53,467 nucleotides of DNA, taken from the IMG/VR virus record IMGVR_UViG_3300010354_003850, positions 1 through 53,467 of that record; one strand, written 5' to 3'. Within the stretch, counting starts at the first letter, position 1; each line of letters starts with the position of its first letter. The translations under genes and the position numbers were made by a program. This DNA is from a virus (Duplodnaviria; Caudoviricetes). Shown one piece after another: positions 8,654 to 16,660 of the stretch. Below the pieces are notes generated by a model. That model was not told the DNA's origin. It did not search any database and saw nothing but the letters and a program-made list of their open reading frames with translations.

Positions 8654-8983
8654 ATGCAAGGCAACAATGGCGCAGGAAAGGGCGATGATTACCGCCCCGT
8701 AGACCTTGAGAAGTACGGCAAGAACTACGATGCCATCTTTGGCTCAAAGGAGCCGAAGAAAAAGAAAAACGAGAAGCCCCAAGACACATGGATCATCCCA
8801 ATTGAGGAATCCATGTTTTATGATTTGGACGAAAAGACGGGACAGGAAACTGCGGAGAAGAAGTGCTATATTCGCATCCCGCCCGAAGTTTGTCGCCGCA
8901 TGAAGATTCGTGTGGGCACACCGCTTGACATAAAGGTTGTGAATGGAACCATTCAAGTAAGAAAGGTGAAGGGAAAGAGATGA
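8654..8983 (+). CDS. hypothetical protein with C-terminal AbrB/MazE-like domain
   Basis: AAGGAG RBS; IRIPPEVCRRMKIRVGTPLDIKV. Confidence 0.55.
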   Translation: MQGNNGAGKGDDYRPVDLEKYGKNYDAIFGSKEPKKKKNEKPQDTWIIPIEESMFYDLDEKTGQETAEKKCYIRIPPEVCRRMKIRVGTPLDIKVVNGTIQVRKVKGKR

Positions 8984-9216
8984 GCGAAGAAACATATGTG
9001 CCGGGAAAGGCATACAACGAAGGATGGCAGGATCGCTACGCAGGAAAGTTGGAGCGTAGTTGGAATAGCATGGGAGGTTCACGGTCTCCGTATTGGGAGG
9101 AGTATCAGCAGGGTTATGCCGATGCCTCCAAGGAGATCATTGAGAATGCCCGCACCGCTGTTAAAAAGAACACAAACGAAGCCAAGAGTGACAGTCAAAC
9201 CTTTCTTTTTGGCTGA
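8980..9216 (+). CDS. small hypothetical protein (weak RMF-like pattern)
   Basis: AYNEGWQD...SPYWEEYQQGY. Confidence 0.55.
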   Translation: MSEETYVPGKAYNEGWQDRYAGKLERSWNSMGGSRSPYWEEYQQGYADASKEIIENARTAVKKNTNEAKSDSQTFLFG

Positions 9217-9224
9217 TATAAATA
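9217..9224 (+). promoter_or_regulatory. T4 late promoter consensus
   Basis: Exact TATAAATA, 7 nt before ATG 9232. Confidence 0.8.
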
Positions 9225-9231
9225 CCGTACC

Positions 9232-9597
9232 ATGACTCTAATTACCACACTACTTACCCTTCAGGCACAACTTCGTGTCCTGCATTGGCAAACAAAGTCT
9301 TACGCAGAGCATCAAGCATTGGGTGGTCTGTATGGAGACTTGGACGAAAAGATTGATGATTTCGTTGAGACCTTCTCCGGTCGATATGGTGTTCCTGCCG
9401 CAAAGACCGACTATAAACTGACGGTGGTCAATTACAAGGACAACGCAGGAGTTGTTCAGATTCTTGACACCGCAATCGGATACATGATGAAAGATGTTCC
9501 TGCCATGCTTAAGCCGGAGGATACTGATCTGTTGAACATCCGTGATGAGATTGTCGGTTCAATGAACAAGACCAAGTACTTGCTCAGACTTAAGTGA
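9232..9597 (+). CDS. ferritin/Dps-like four-helix protein (DUF5856-like)
   Basis: HWQTKSYAEHQALG.LY..L...ID.FVE. Confidence 0.7.
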   Translation: MTLITTLLTLQAQLRVLHWQTKSYAEHQALGGLYGDLDEKIDDFVETFSGRYGVPAAKTDYKLTVVNYKDNAGVVQILDTAIGYMMKDVPAMLKPEDTDLLNIRDEIVGSMNKTKYLLRLK

Positions 9598-9609
9598 TTG
9601 GAGATCATC

Positions 9610-10056
9610 ATGAAATGTGAATTTGATCGATATGAAGATGATCCAGACTATGGACCTAGCAGCACTTTCTATTACAAGTCCGGGTTTTCTTTACATATAG
9701 TACGAGTCCTTAACGGCATTGACATTCGACCAAAAATTAATGAAGATTGGAACGGCATATGTTCCCTTATTTCACGGAGCGATGCTGAAGTTTACATTTG
9801 GTTTGATTGTGTGATTGATGCGCTGACTCGGTATTTCTCGATTTACGGGAATTCTCCAAAGATACTAGTATCCTTTAAAGAAGATATGAGTGACGAATCT
9901 CCCACTTTCAAATACATTGTCAACGCATTCGCATCAATAGATTACACTTTAGTAAGGAAGATGAAGAAGGAATGTGGGGCGTGTGAAAATTTGTATTTGA
10001 TGGTCTTCAAGCATTCAACCGCCGAAGAGGTCGAACAGCCGTATGACCACTACTGA
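9610..10056 (+). CDS. hypothetical protein, paralogue A
   Basis: AT-rich ORF; aligns by eye with the next ORF; CxxC near C-terminus. Confidence 0.6.
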   Translation: MKCEFDRYEDDPDYGPSSTFYYKSGFSLHIVRVLNGIDIRPKINEDWNGICSLISRSDAEVYIWFDCVIDALTRYFSIYGNSPKILVSFKEDMSDESPTFKYIVNAFASIDYTLVRKMKKECGACENLYLMVFKHSTAEEVEQPYDHY

Positions 10057-10510
10057 TTGTCATTTTCAAAGAGTCTGGTTTCCTTCCAATGAAAGTGGAA
10101 CAATTTCTCATGCATATGACTACTCTTGTGGACTGACTGTACGCATATACGGAAACATTGGTGACGAACTGATTACTATCAAACCACACATTAGCAACAA
10201 CTTTTCTGCCATATGCGAAAAAATGCAAATCATGACGGAAACTCTATCTATGTGGTTTGATGTTGTAAAAGACTCAGTTGTACGACACATCGAAAATACG
10301 ATGTATCGTCCAAAGTACATCATGATAGCCTTCAAAAAGAATCTTTCGGATGACCCCGTTATTGAGCAACAGGTGATTGACAGGTTTGAATCAATAGGCT
10401 ATAATCTGCACAAAGAGATGACTAGAAAGTGTCTAAATTGTGATGACGCAAGTGATCTCTACATTACTGTCTTTAGAAACAAAGGGGTCGAACAGGAATC
10501 GATTGCATGA
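10043..10510 (+). CDS. hypothetical protein, paralogue B
   Basis: Shared IC, WFD, FK...SD, CxxC and LY..VF motifs. Confidence 0.6.
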   Translation: MTTTDCHFQRVWFPSNESGTISHAYDYSCGLTVRIYGNIGDELITIKPHISNNFSAICEKMQIMTETLSMWFDVVKDSVVRHIENTMYRPKYIMIAFKKNLSDDPVIEQQVIDRFESIGYNLHKEMTRKCLNCDDASDLYITVFRNKGVEQESIA

Positions 10511-10824
10511 GTACTGATGAGTGATGCGCCAAGAGGAACCATGCTAGGCTCTTAAAAGCGTATGGAAATCAAGACTGCCAACAAGCAGACTCGCCGTTAC
10601 GCTCTCGCAGCGTGACCTCAAACCACCCGACTCCGCTAGGGTGGGGAGAGCAAACAGCGGATGGGCTTTCGGGAACGGGAACGCCGAAGGAAGCCGAGAA
10701 CAAAGAGTCCCAATCTGATCCGCTAAGTCGCCTTCAGCGGCGGGTCTGAACAAGTGAAGGATATTGGCGTAGTAAGCACCACGGAATGCATGACAACACG
10801 GGGGTTCGAATCCCCCCGACTCCA
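10484..10824 (+). ncRNA. ssrA: tmRNA, tag peptide (A)ANKQTRRYALAA
   Basis: Acceptor GGGGTCG/CGACTCC-A with G3:U70; T-arm GGGGG-TTCGAAT-CCCCC; tag frame 10577-10615 ending YALAA-TGA. Confidence 0.9.
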
Positions 10825-10830
10825 CTAACT

Positions 10831-10902
10831 GCGGATGTAACTCAACGGTAGAGTGCCACCCTTCCAAGATGGCTGTTGTGGGTTCGAATCCCATCATCCG
10901 CT
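10831..10902 (+). tRNA. tRNA-Gly(TCC)
   Basis: GCGGATG/CATCCGC acceptor, CTTCCAA loop, U73. Confidence 0.9.
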
Positions 10903-10927
10903 TCTTTGATAGATCAACGAAACGCTA

Positions 10928-11151
10928 ACCAAGGAGATACAATGAACGCCGTCCATAGTTAACTATTATTGATTGAGTCGGTGTGTAGGTCCGTTGGTGT
11001 ACCCTAGGTACTATACCCTTCCGAAAGGATGTAAAACGGCAGCACCGACACTCGGACCGATGGCGGGAATGTCCATCGTTTTGGCAAGTAGTGGAATGTT
11101 CTTGCCATGTAATGGCAAATACATCTCCGGTCTGACCCACCTCACGGGTCA
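10928..11151 (+). ncRNA. candidate multi-stem structured RNA inside the tRNA cluster
   Basis: Nested and adjacent complementary segments; no convincing long ORF. Confidence 0.4.
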
Positions 11152-11158
11152 TTTCTAT

Positions 11159-11230
11159 TGGCTCGTAGCACAACGGTAGTGCATCCCGCTGTTAACGGGA
11201 CGGTTGAAGGTTCGAATCCTTCCGAGCCAG
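11159..11230 (+). tRNA. tRNA-Asn(GTT)
   Basis: TCCCG-CTGTTAA-CGGGA; TGGCTCG/CGAGCCA. Confidence 0.92.
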
Positions 11231-11231
11231 T

Positions 11232-11302
11232 TCCCTTGTGGTGTAACGGTAGCACAGGAGATTTTGGTTCTTCTAGTTTTGGTTCGAATCCAAGCGAGGG
11301 AA
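11232..11302 (+). tRNA. tRNA-Gln(TTG)
   Basis: GGAGA-TTTTGGT-TCTTC; TCCCTTG/CGAGGGA. Confidence 0.88.
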
Positions 11303-11307
11303 CCTAT

Positions 11308-11379
11308 GCCGTCTTAGCACAGCGGTAGTGCAGTTGATTTGTAATCAACAGGTCATCGGTTCGAATCCGATAGGCGGCT
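11308..11379 (+). tRNA. tRNA-Thr(TGT)
   Basis: GTTGA-TTTGTAA-TCAAC. Confidence 0.92.
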
Positions 11380-11395
11380 TTGGTCTGATAATCAC

Positions 11396-11477
11396 GGGAG
11401 TGTACTCAAGCGGACAACGAGGGCAGACTGTAAATCTGCTGCCATTGGCTACGGGGGTTCGAATCCCTCCGCTCCCA
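11396..11477 (+). tRNA. tRNA-Tyr(GTA)
   Basis: GCAGA-CTGTAAA-TCTGC; long variable arm. Confidence 0.92.
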
Positions 11478-11480
11478 TTC

Positions 11481-11509
11481 TTGACACGGGGGAAGTTCTG
11501 TGCTATGAT
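11481..11509 (+). promoter_or_regulatory. sigma70-like promoter, leaderless
   Basis: TTGACA-N17-TATGAT with extended TG; ATG 11517 7 nt downstream. Confidence 0.75.
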
Positions 11510-11516
11510 CGTCAAT

Positions 11517-11897
11517 ATGAACAATTACACCTTCACCTTCGGAAGTCGTTACGGCGAGAAGAGAACTGCAACCTTGATTGAGGAAGAGAAGGGACAGGCT
11601 ACCTTCCATGTGCATGGCGTATCTCGCTATGTCCGTGGTGGAGAAGACATGTTCGACTTTGAGGGTGGTCCGTTCTATGGGGTCGGTGGCGACTTCCATG
11701 GGCGAGGAGACATTCTCTCCGTTGTCCCTGCACCTAGAGTGGTTCCCGCAGATCAGAATGATTCTGTTGGGGGATGCCTTGTTGTGGTCAAGTTGAACAA
11801 GGATGCCAAGAAGGAAATTCAGAAGTGGAACGAAAGCCGTCCCAAGATCGAAGCACTCAAGCAGGAGATCGGTGAATGGCTAGACAATGGGGAATAA
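11517..11897 (+). CDS. hypothetical protein
   Basis: MNNYTFTFGSRYGE...; upstream part of the ORF-track call overlaps tRNAs and is excluded. Confidence 0.65.
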   Translation: MNNYTFTFGSRYGEKRTATLIEEEKGQATFHVHGVSRYVRGGEDMFDFEGGPFYGVGGDFHGRGDILSVVPAPRVVPADQNDSVGGCLVVVKLNKDAKKEIQKWNESRPKIEALKQEIGEWLDNGE

Positions 11898-12262
11898 AAC
11901 TGTACAGCGGCAATGAAGACCGTGGTTGGGTTGTTTCGCACGGGCGTGTTGTCGCAGTCTACGAAGACAAGGACTTTGCAGAAAAGGAAGCAGAATGGCT
12001 GACGAACTTTCAGAAGAAGTGCGGAACGAAGAATCAGTACAAGGCAACCAAGTGGACTCCCGAGGAGGGAATGGAAACCCAAGTACAAGTGCCGCAATCG
12101 ACAAGATCGCAAAACTCGCTGACGCTCTCCGAGCATCGCAAGAAAAGCGTAGAGAAGAAATCGAAGCCCGTTACCCAAGGGTCTTCGGCGGTGGCACCAA
12201 CTCTCCCGACAAATCTATCGGAACTGTTTATTGGGAATTTGGATACGGATGGGACTCCCTGA
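11876..12262 (+). CDS. hypothetical protein (3' part overlaps next gene)
   Basis: GGAG RBS; protein-like N-terminal 70 aa. Confidence 0.4.
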   Translation: MARQWGIKLYSGNEDRGWVVSHGRVVAVYEDKDFAEKEAEWLTNFQKKCGTKNQYKATKWTPEEGMETQVQVPQSTRSQNSLTLSEHRKKSVEKKSKPVTQGSSAVAPTLPTNLSELFIGNLDTDGTP

Positions 12263-12594
12263 TCGAAAACCTTGCGGCGGCTATCGACCGTGAGATTGAA
12301 CACGATCCTTCCCTCCTCATCGAAGACCATGAGAACGGCAAGTTTGCCTTCAAGGTTGAGCAGATGAAGGAGAAGTTCGGCGCACTCCGTTTCTACTACA
12401 GCGGAGGAAACGATAGGATTCATGGTCTCGTTGACATGACAGAGAACCTGTCTGCAAGCGTTTGCGAGGTTTGTGGTAGTCTTGGGACTCTGTGCAAGAA
12501 GGACAACGGTTCTTGGATGAAGACCCTGTGCGAGGACTGTGCGGAAAAGATGGGATTCACCCCCATTTTGTTTGATGATGATGCAGAGGCATGA
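11995..12594 (+). CDS. conserved phage protein with KEKFGxLRFY motif and C-terminal Zn ribbon
   Basis: GWDSLI...QMKEKFGALRFY...CEVCG...LCEDC. Confidence 0.7.
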   Translation: MADELSEEVRNEESVQGNQVDSRGGNGNPSTSAAIDKIAKLADALRASQEKRREEIEARYPRVFGGGTNSPDKSIGTVYWEFGYGWDSLIENLAAAIDREIEHDPSLLIEDHENGKFAFKVEQMKEKFGALRFYYSGGNDRIHGLVDMTENLSASVCEVCGSLGTLCKKDNGSWMKTLCEDCAEKMGFTPILFDDDAEA

Positions 12595-12611
12595 TGTCAT
12601 AAATAGTGGAT

Positions 12612-13016
12612 ATGGCTAACCAATTCGACAACCCACTAGTAAATGACATCATCAAGGTGATCTCCGAGGAAACAAATCCGCCCATGACTCTTGTAGTCAA
12701 CGGCACGAACGCAAAGACTCTGGATTTCACCGAGGACGCAAACGATCCTTCCGTCCACCTGTTTGGTCTTGGGGTTAGGAAACTCTCCACCCTGAAGAAA
12801 GAGATTCAGCAGGACTTGATGCGGTTCACTCAATTGGTCGGCAACAGGGATGCAAAGGATCTCATGGTTTACCTGACCGATTTTCAAGGCAAGTATTCGA
12901 GCAATATGTACTTCGCCTATAAGATTCAAGCCTTGATGGAAATCGAAGAGTTCATGAAGCGTCCCGAAGTCAAGCGCAAGGTGACCTTGATCAAGAAGAA
13001 GAAGCAAGGTGGCTAA
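12612..13016 (+). CDS. hypothetical late protein
   Basis: ATAAATA 12599-12605, ATG 6 nt later. Confidence 0.6.
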   Translation: MANQFDNPLVNDIIKVISEETNPPMTLVVNGTNAKTLDFTEDANDPSVHLFGLGVRKLSTLKKEIQQDLMRFTQLVGNRDAKDLMVYLTDFQGKYSSNMYFAYKIQALMEIEEFMKRPEVKRKVTLIKKKKQGG

Positions 13017-13416
13017 AGCATTGAGAAACAATGCCCGTGTGACAAGTTGTCGCACACGCACATGCGCCCCCACGGGCGAGATGAAGGCATTGATTGCAGC
13101 CAAGTTGGGCAAGGGCGGCAAGTCTGATGACCGTGGCTATTCCGAAATTCTTGCTTTGGTTGACAAGATGGTTGAATCGAATGTTTGGGGAGGCAGCATC
13201 AAGGGATACCTTTTCAAGGGATCGGTTGATACTGGTACAAGGAGTGCGGTCACGGGATTCGCCAGAAGCAACGGCTGGCAACAGACAAATGGAAAGCGAA
13301 TCGTAAAGTATGGAATCATCATTCGTGGTGGCAAGCAGAACCGCCGTCACCTTCTCATCTTCGGTTACTATCGTGGAACCCCAAACCGAGCATACTGCTC
13401 ATTAACTGTAATATGA
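13009..13416 (+). CDS. basic hypothetical protein
   Basis: 135-aa ORF overlapping previous stop. Confidence 0.5.
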   Translation: MAKALRNNARVTSCRTRTCAPTGEMKALIAAKLGKGGKSDDRGYSEILALVDKMVESNVWGGSIKGYLFKGSVDTGTRSAVTGFARSNGWQQTNGKRIVKYGIIIRGGKQNRRHLLIFGYYRGTPNRAYCSLTVI

Positions 13417-13434
13417 AAAAGATCATTCAATTGT

Positions 13435-13463
13435 TTGACATGAAAGGTCGTAGGGTGTATGAT
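13435..13463 (+). promoter_or_regulatory. sigma70-like promoter
   Basis: TTGACA-N17-TATGAT. Confidence 0.7.
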
Positions 13464-13514
13464 TTCGCCCACGATTGGGAAAACGACTTACCATCTCTTG
13501 AAAGGAGAATCGTT

Positions 13515-13820
13515 ATGCGTCAGAGAACAGGTGTGATTGAGAATATTCGTACTGGTACTTTTTTCATGGCTGTGGGTGTCGTTGCTTCGGCGGCGGCTTG
13601 CTACTTCGCATGGACCGGCAACCTTGCCGTGGCGATTGGTCTTGTTGCCGTTGGTGGACTGCTACATGCCGCAGGGAGCGCAGTTTCCTTTGCGAACGAG
13701 CGTCTTGAGTCGGTAACTACCGAGTACCGTGAGCGGGAGAACACCCGTGAAATCTGGACAAACATCAGCCGCATCGAAGATCGGCTTGAAGAGTTGCAGA
13801 CAAAGCGCAGCACCAAGTAA
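13515..13820 (+). CDS. membrane protein (two TM helices plus charged coiled-coil tail)
   Basis: AAGGAG RBS before ATG 13515; two hydrophobic segments. Confidence 0.65.
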   Translation: MRQRTGVIENIRTGTFFMAVGVVASAAACYFAWTGNLAVAIGLVAVGGLLHAAGSAVSFANERLESVTTEYRERENTREIWTNISRIEDRLEELQTKRSTK

Positions 13821-13841
13821 GATTCATTGTAATCTTATTTG

Positions 13842-13875
13842 GGGAGGGGGGTTCCGCTACTCCCCCCTCCCTTTT
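13842..13875 (+). terminator. intrinsic terminator
   Basis: GGGAGGGGGG...CCCCCCTCCC-TTTT. Confidence 0.8.
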
Positions 13876-13879
13876 GCTA

Positions 13880-13953
13880 GGCCCCATCGTCTAGTCGGTC
13901 TAGGACACCTCCCTTTCACGGAGATAACAGGGGTTCGAATCCCCTTGGGGTCA
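13880..13953 (+). tRNA. tRNA-Glu(TTC)
   Basis: GGCCCCATCGTCTAG start; CTTTCAC loop; TTCGAAT. Confidence 0.9.
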
Positions 13954-13976
13954 TTGGAGAGATAAATATGGAAGAT

Positions 13977-15125
13977 ATGCAATCGTTTAGCGAATTCGCC
14001 GTAGAAATCACCGATGTCCTCAAGGAATCCACCGAGGGGCATAAGTTTCAAAACGACTTGGCAAAGAAGATTCTTGCTTCCCTGACACCACAGCAGCGCA
14101 AGAAGGTCAAGGTAGTTGTCGCTCCTCCAAGTTCCACCCTTCCTGACATATCGATTATTCACAAGGACTATCCGAACGAGCCGCTGATCATCGAATGCAA
14201 ACTCGACAATGCACAGTCTGGCGGCATCACATGGGTGTTTGATGGTTCAAATTGGCAGTTCTCTACCCGTTCTGCACGGGCGAAGAGAATGTGCGAGTTG
14301 GACGATCCAACTCTGTGCGTCACCGTCATTGACATGGTTAAGAGTCCGCTCGTTCGAAACCGGATCGACAAGATTCAGTCGGAGTTGGGCAAGTGGTTCC
14401 CCGAACTATCAAGCAACAAGATTCCATTTCAGGCTTGCAAGGAATTCTGGCCCACCCTACTAGACAAGTACACCACGCATGACGAGGGCGGGAAGTGGCA
14501 GATTCCTGTCAGCAATACCTTCTGGAAGACATTGAACTCGCTCATGAAAAATGACCACTTCCTTGCCATCAGGGGATCGGGTTTGTTCCGTGTGGGTGGT
14601 GCAAAGTATCCTAGTTGGTTTCAGCCAACCAAGGAATTCCTTGCCACGATGCCTATTGTTTCGGAAATCACCGCAGCCCCAAAAGGAAACCTTGAACTTC
14701 GCCTGAAGCAGTCAGGAATGAAGCAGCGCAAGTTGCAAGCCAACCGTGTGCTACACATTCACTCCACCACAAAGCCAACGGTCGGACAGCATGTCCATGT
14801 TCAAGAATTGGGGAGCCTTGGTAAGAGTGGTGATTACAACGCACCAATCGGTCTGATCAGCAGCAAGGGTTCGACAACATACATCGTCAGTTCATCGGAG
14901 TCCGGTTCGATTGGGCAGATCAAGACAATTCATTCCGTGACACTAGATCCCAAGAGTGCCAACAAGAAGAGCGGGGACAAGGTATGGATCGTCAAGTGTG
15001 ATCTGAATCACCGTGTTGGCACGATCACTTTTGAGACCAACCTTCGTATCATTGACATCGATGTGAAGAGTGGAGTCAACCTTGAGACTAGTGCGGAAGA
15101 CTTTGCCCTGTTCTTCAAGGCATAA
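13977..15125 (+). CDS. PD-(D/E)xK nuclease-like protein; capsid-targeting-like N-terminus
   Basis: GHKFQNDL...PDISI...IIECK; MQSFSEFAVE; ATAAATA 13962-13968 (alternative start 13968). Confidence 0.55.
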   Translation: MQSFSEFAVEITDVLKESTEGHKFQNDLAKKILASLTPQQRKKVKVVVAPPSSTLPDISIIHKDYPNEPLIIECKLDNAQSGGITWVFDGSNWQFSTRSARAKRMCELDDPTLCVTVIDMVKSPLVRNRIDKIQSELGKWFPELSSNKIPFQACKEFWPTLLDKYTTHDEGGKWQIPVSNTFWKTLNSLMKNDHFLAIRGSGLFRVGGAKYPSWFQPTKEFLATMPIVSEITAAPKGNLELRLKQSGMKQRKLQANRVLHIHSTTKPTVGQHVHVQELGSLGKSGDYNAPIGLISSKGSTTYIVSSSESGSIGQIKTIHSVTLDPKSANKKSGDKVWIVKCDLNHRVGTITFETNLRIIDIDVKSGVNLETSAEDFALFFKA

Positions 15126-15203
15126 AATCTGATACTTTTCATCAGAACGAACCGAAGGGAATGATAAATAACCTTTGGGCAGATGCCTCCGTTTGGAGGG
15201 GTT

Positions 15204-15902
15204 ATGAGGAGACTGTTGGTATTCACAGTCGCTCTGGTTCTTGCGGCAGGAACCATCCTCAAGGGTAAACAACCCGAAGTAGTCAGCACCCAAACAAACA
15301 TAGCAGAACAAGTCATGAATCTCGCTGTTGAGATTCATGCTATCAAAGACGGAAACATAGGAGTCGGATCAGGCGTTCTTTACAGAGCGAACGGAGAACT
15401 ATATGTTCTCACCGCAGCGCATGTAGTGGAAGAAGGTGCGATGTGTCTCATCGACCAGAAATCTATTGACGATGATTCGGTATGCAAAATGTGGCAAGGC
15501 GAGGTGGTTGCTCGGGACAATGATTCCGATTGGGCAATCATCCGGCTCGTAGGGGAATCACAAGGCATCAGAGTTGGAACAACTTTCATGCCCTCACCCC
15601 TACGGGTCGGAAACGAAGTTTATGTCGTTGGTTCACCTTTGGGAGAAGAAAACACTATTACCGAGGGCATCGTTGCAAATCATAAAAGGTCTGTGTCGTG
15701 GAACAACGACAGACACACAGTCATAACATGCAACGGTGCCCCCGGTTCTAGTGGAGGAGGAGTGTACGATGCGAAAACAGGAAAATGCATTGGTATCGTT
15801 GTTCGACTCAATTGTGGGGCAAACCTTTTGTATGTTGTTTCAATCGAAACGATACTCAAGGATTTGGAAGAAATGGGTAAGTCATCTTTGCTTCCCTCTT
15901 GA
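15204..15902 (+). CDS. trypsin-like serine protease with N-terminal signal/anchor
   Basis: LTAAHVV, DWAII, PGSSGGG triad motifs; ATAAATA 15164-15170. Confidence 0.85.
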   Translation: MRRLLVFTVALVLAAGTILKGKQPEVVSTQTNIAEQVMNLAVEIHAIKDGNIGVGSGVLYRANGELYVLTAAHVVEEGAMCLIDQKSIDDDSVCKMWQGEVVARDNDSDWAIIRLVGESQGIRVGTTFMPSPLRVGNEVYVVGSPLGEENTITEGIVANHKRSVSWNNDRHTVITCNGAPGSSGGGVYDAKTGKCIGIVVRLNCGANLLYVVSIETILKDLEEMGKSSLLPS

Positions 15903-15926
15903 CTTCAGGGCTAAACAGGCTATGAT
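15899..15926 (+). promoter_or_regulatory. sigma70-like promoter for clamp/clamp-loader genes
   Basis: TTGACT-N16-TATGAT. Confidence 0.6.
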
Positions 15927-15964
15927 CCCTGTAACTCTACGAGTCAAAGGAGACCGTCTACATC

Positions 15965-16657
15965 ATGAGCGCAACAATGAACAAGATCACCATTTCATCT
16001 GACACGCTGAACATCCTCAAGAATTTTGCATCGATCAACAGCAACCTCCATGTCAAGCCGGGGCAGACGATCACCACGATCTCTCCTTCGGCAACCATCC
16101 TTGCAGAAGCCAAGGTAGAGGAGTCTTTCGACACCGAGTTCGGAATTTGGGACATGGCGAAGTTCCTGTCCACAGTCAGCCTGTTCAAGGATGCCGAGTT
16201 CTCTTTCGAGGACACCCATGTGACGATCAGTTCTGCGGGTTCCAAGGCATCGGTCAAGTATTTCTACAGCGACCCGCAACTCCTAACCAAGTCGGACAAG
16301 AAGATCACGATGCCCAAGATTGCGGTATCGTTCCTTCTCAACTCCAATGACATGGCGGCGATTCTCAAGGCGGCATCGGTGCTTCAGGCTCCCGACATGT
16401 GCATTGAATCCTGCGATGACGGTGTGTGCATCCGTGTGTGCGACAAGAAGGATCCGACCGCACACAGTTGGAGTCTGACCGTTGCGGAGAACCCCGATAA
16501 TTCGACCTTCAAGTTCTGGTTCAAGGTGGAAAACCTCAAGATGATTGCCGGTGACTACAATGTGCAACTCGCAGAGAAGCGTGTTGCCAAGTTCGAAGGG
16601 ACTACGATCCCCGTGAACTATTGGGTCGCAATGGAATCAGACAGCAGCAAGGGATAA
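15965..16657 (+). CDS. gp45: sliding clamp
   Basis: TLNILKNFASINSN, FGIWD, ENLKMI.GDY, YWVAME; synteny. Confidence 0.95.
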   Translation: MSATMNKITISSDTLNILKNFASINSNLHVKPGQTITTISPSATILAEAKVEESFDTEFGIWDMAKFLSTVSLFKDAEFSFEDTHVTISSAGSKASVKYFYSDPQLLTKSDKKITMPKIAVSFLLNSNDMAAILKAASVLQAPDMCIESCDDGVCIRVCDKKDPTAHSWSLTVAENPDNSTFKFWFKVENLKMIAGDYNVQLAEKRVAKFEGTTIPVNYWVAMESDSSKG

Positions 16658-16660
16658 TTC

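Noticed and set aside
10514-10545. CTGATGAG resembling a hammerhead ribozyme core
   Set aside because: No matching GAAA and stems; lies inside the tmRNA
11328-11516. N-terminal extension of the 189-aa ORF
   Set aside because: Overlaps tRNA-Thr, tRNA-Tyr and a promoter; the start is better placed at 11517
10484-13953. Prophage or integrative-element attachment site at tmRNA/tRNAs
   Set aside because: No integrase and no duplicated tRNA 3' end; the RNAs are phage cargo
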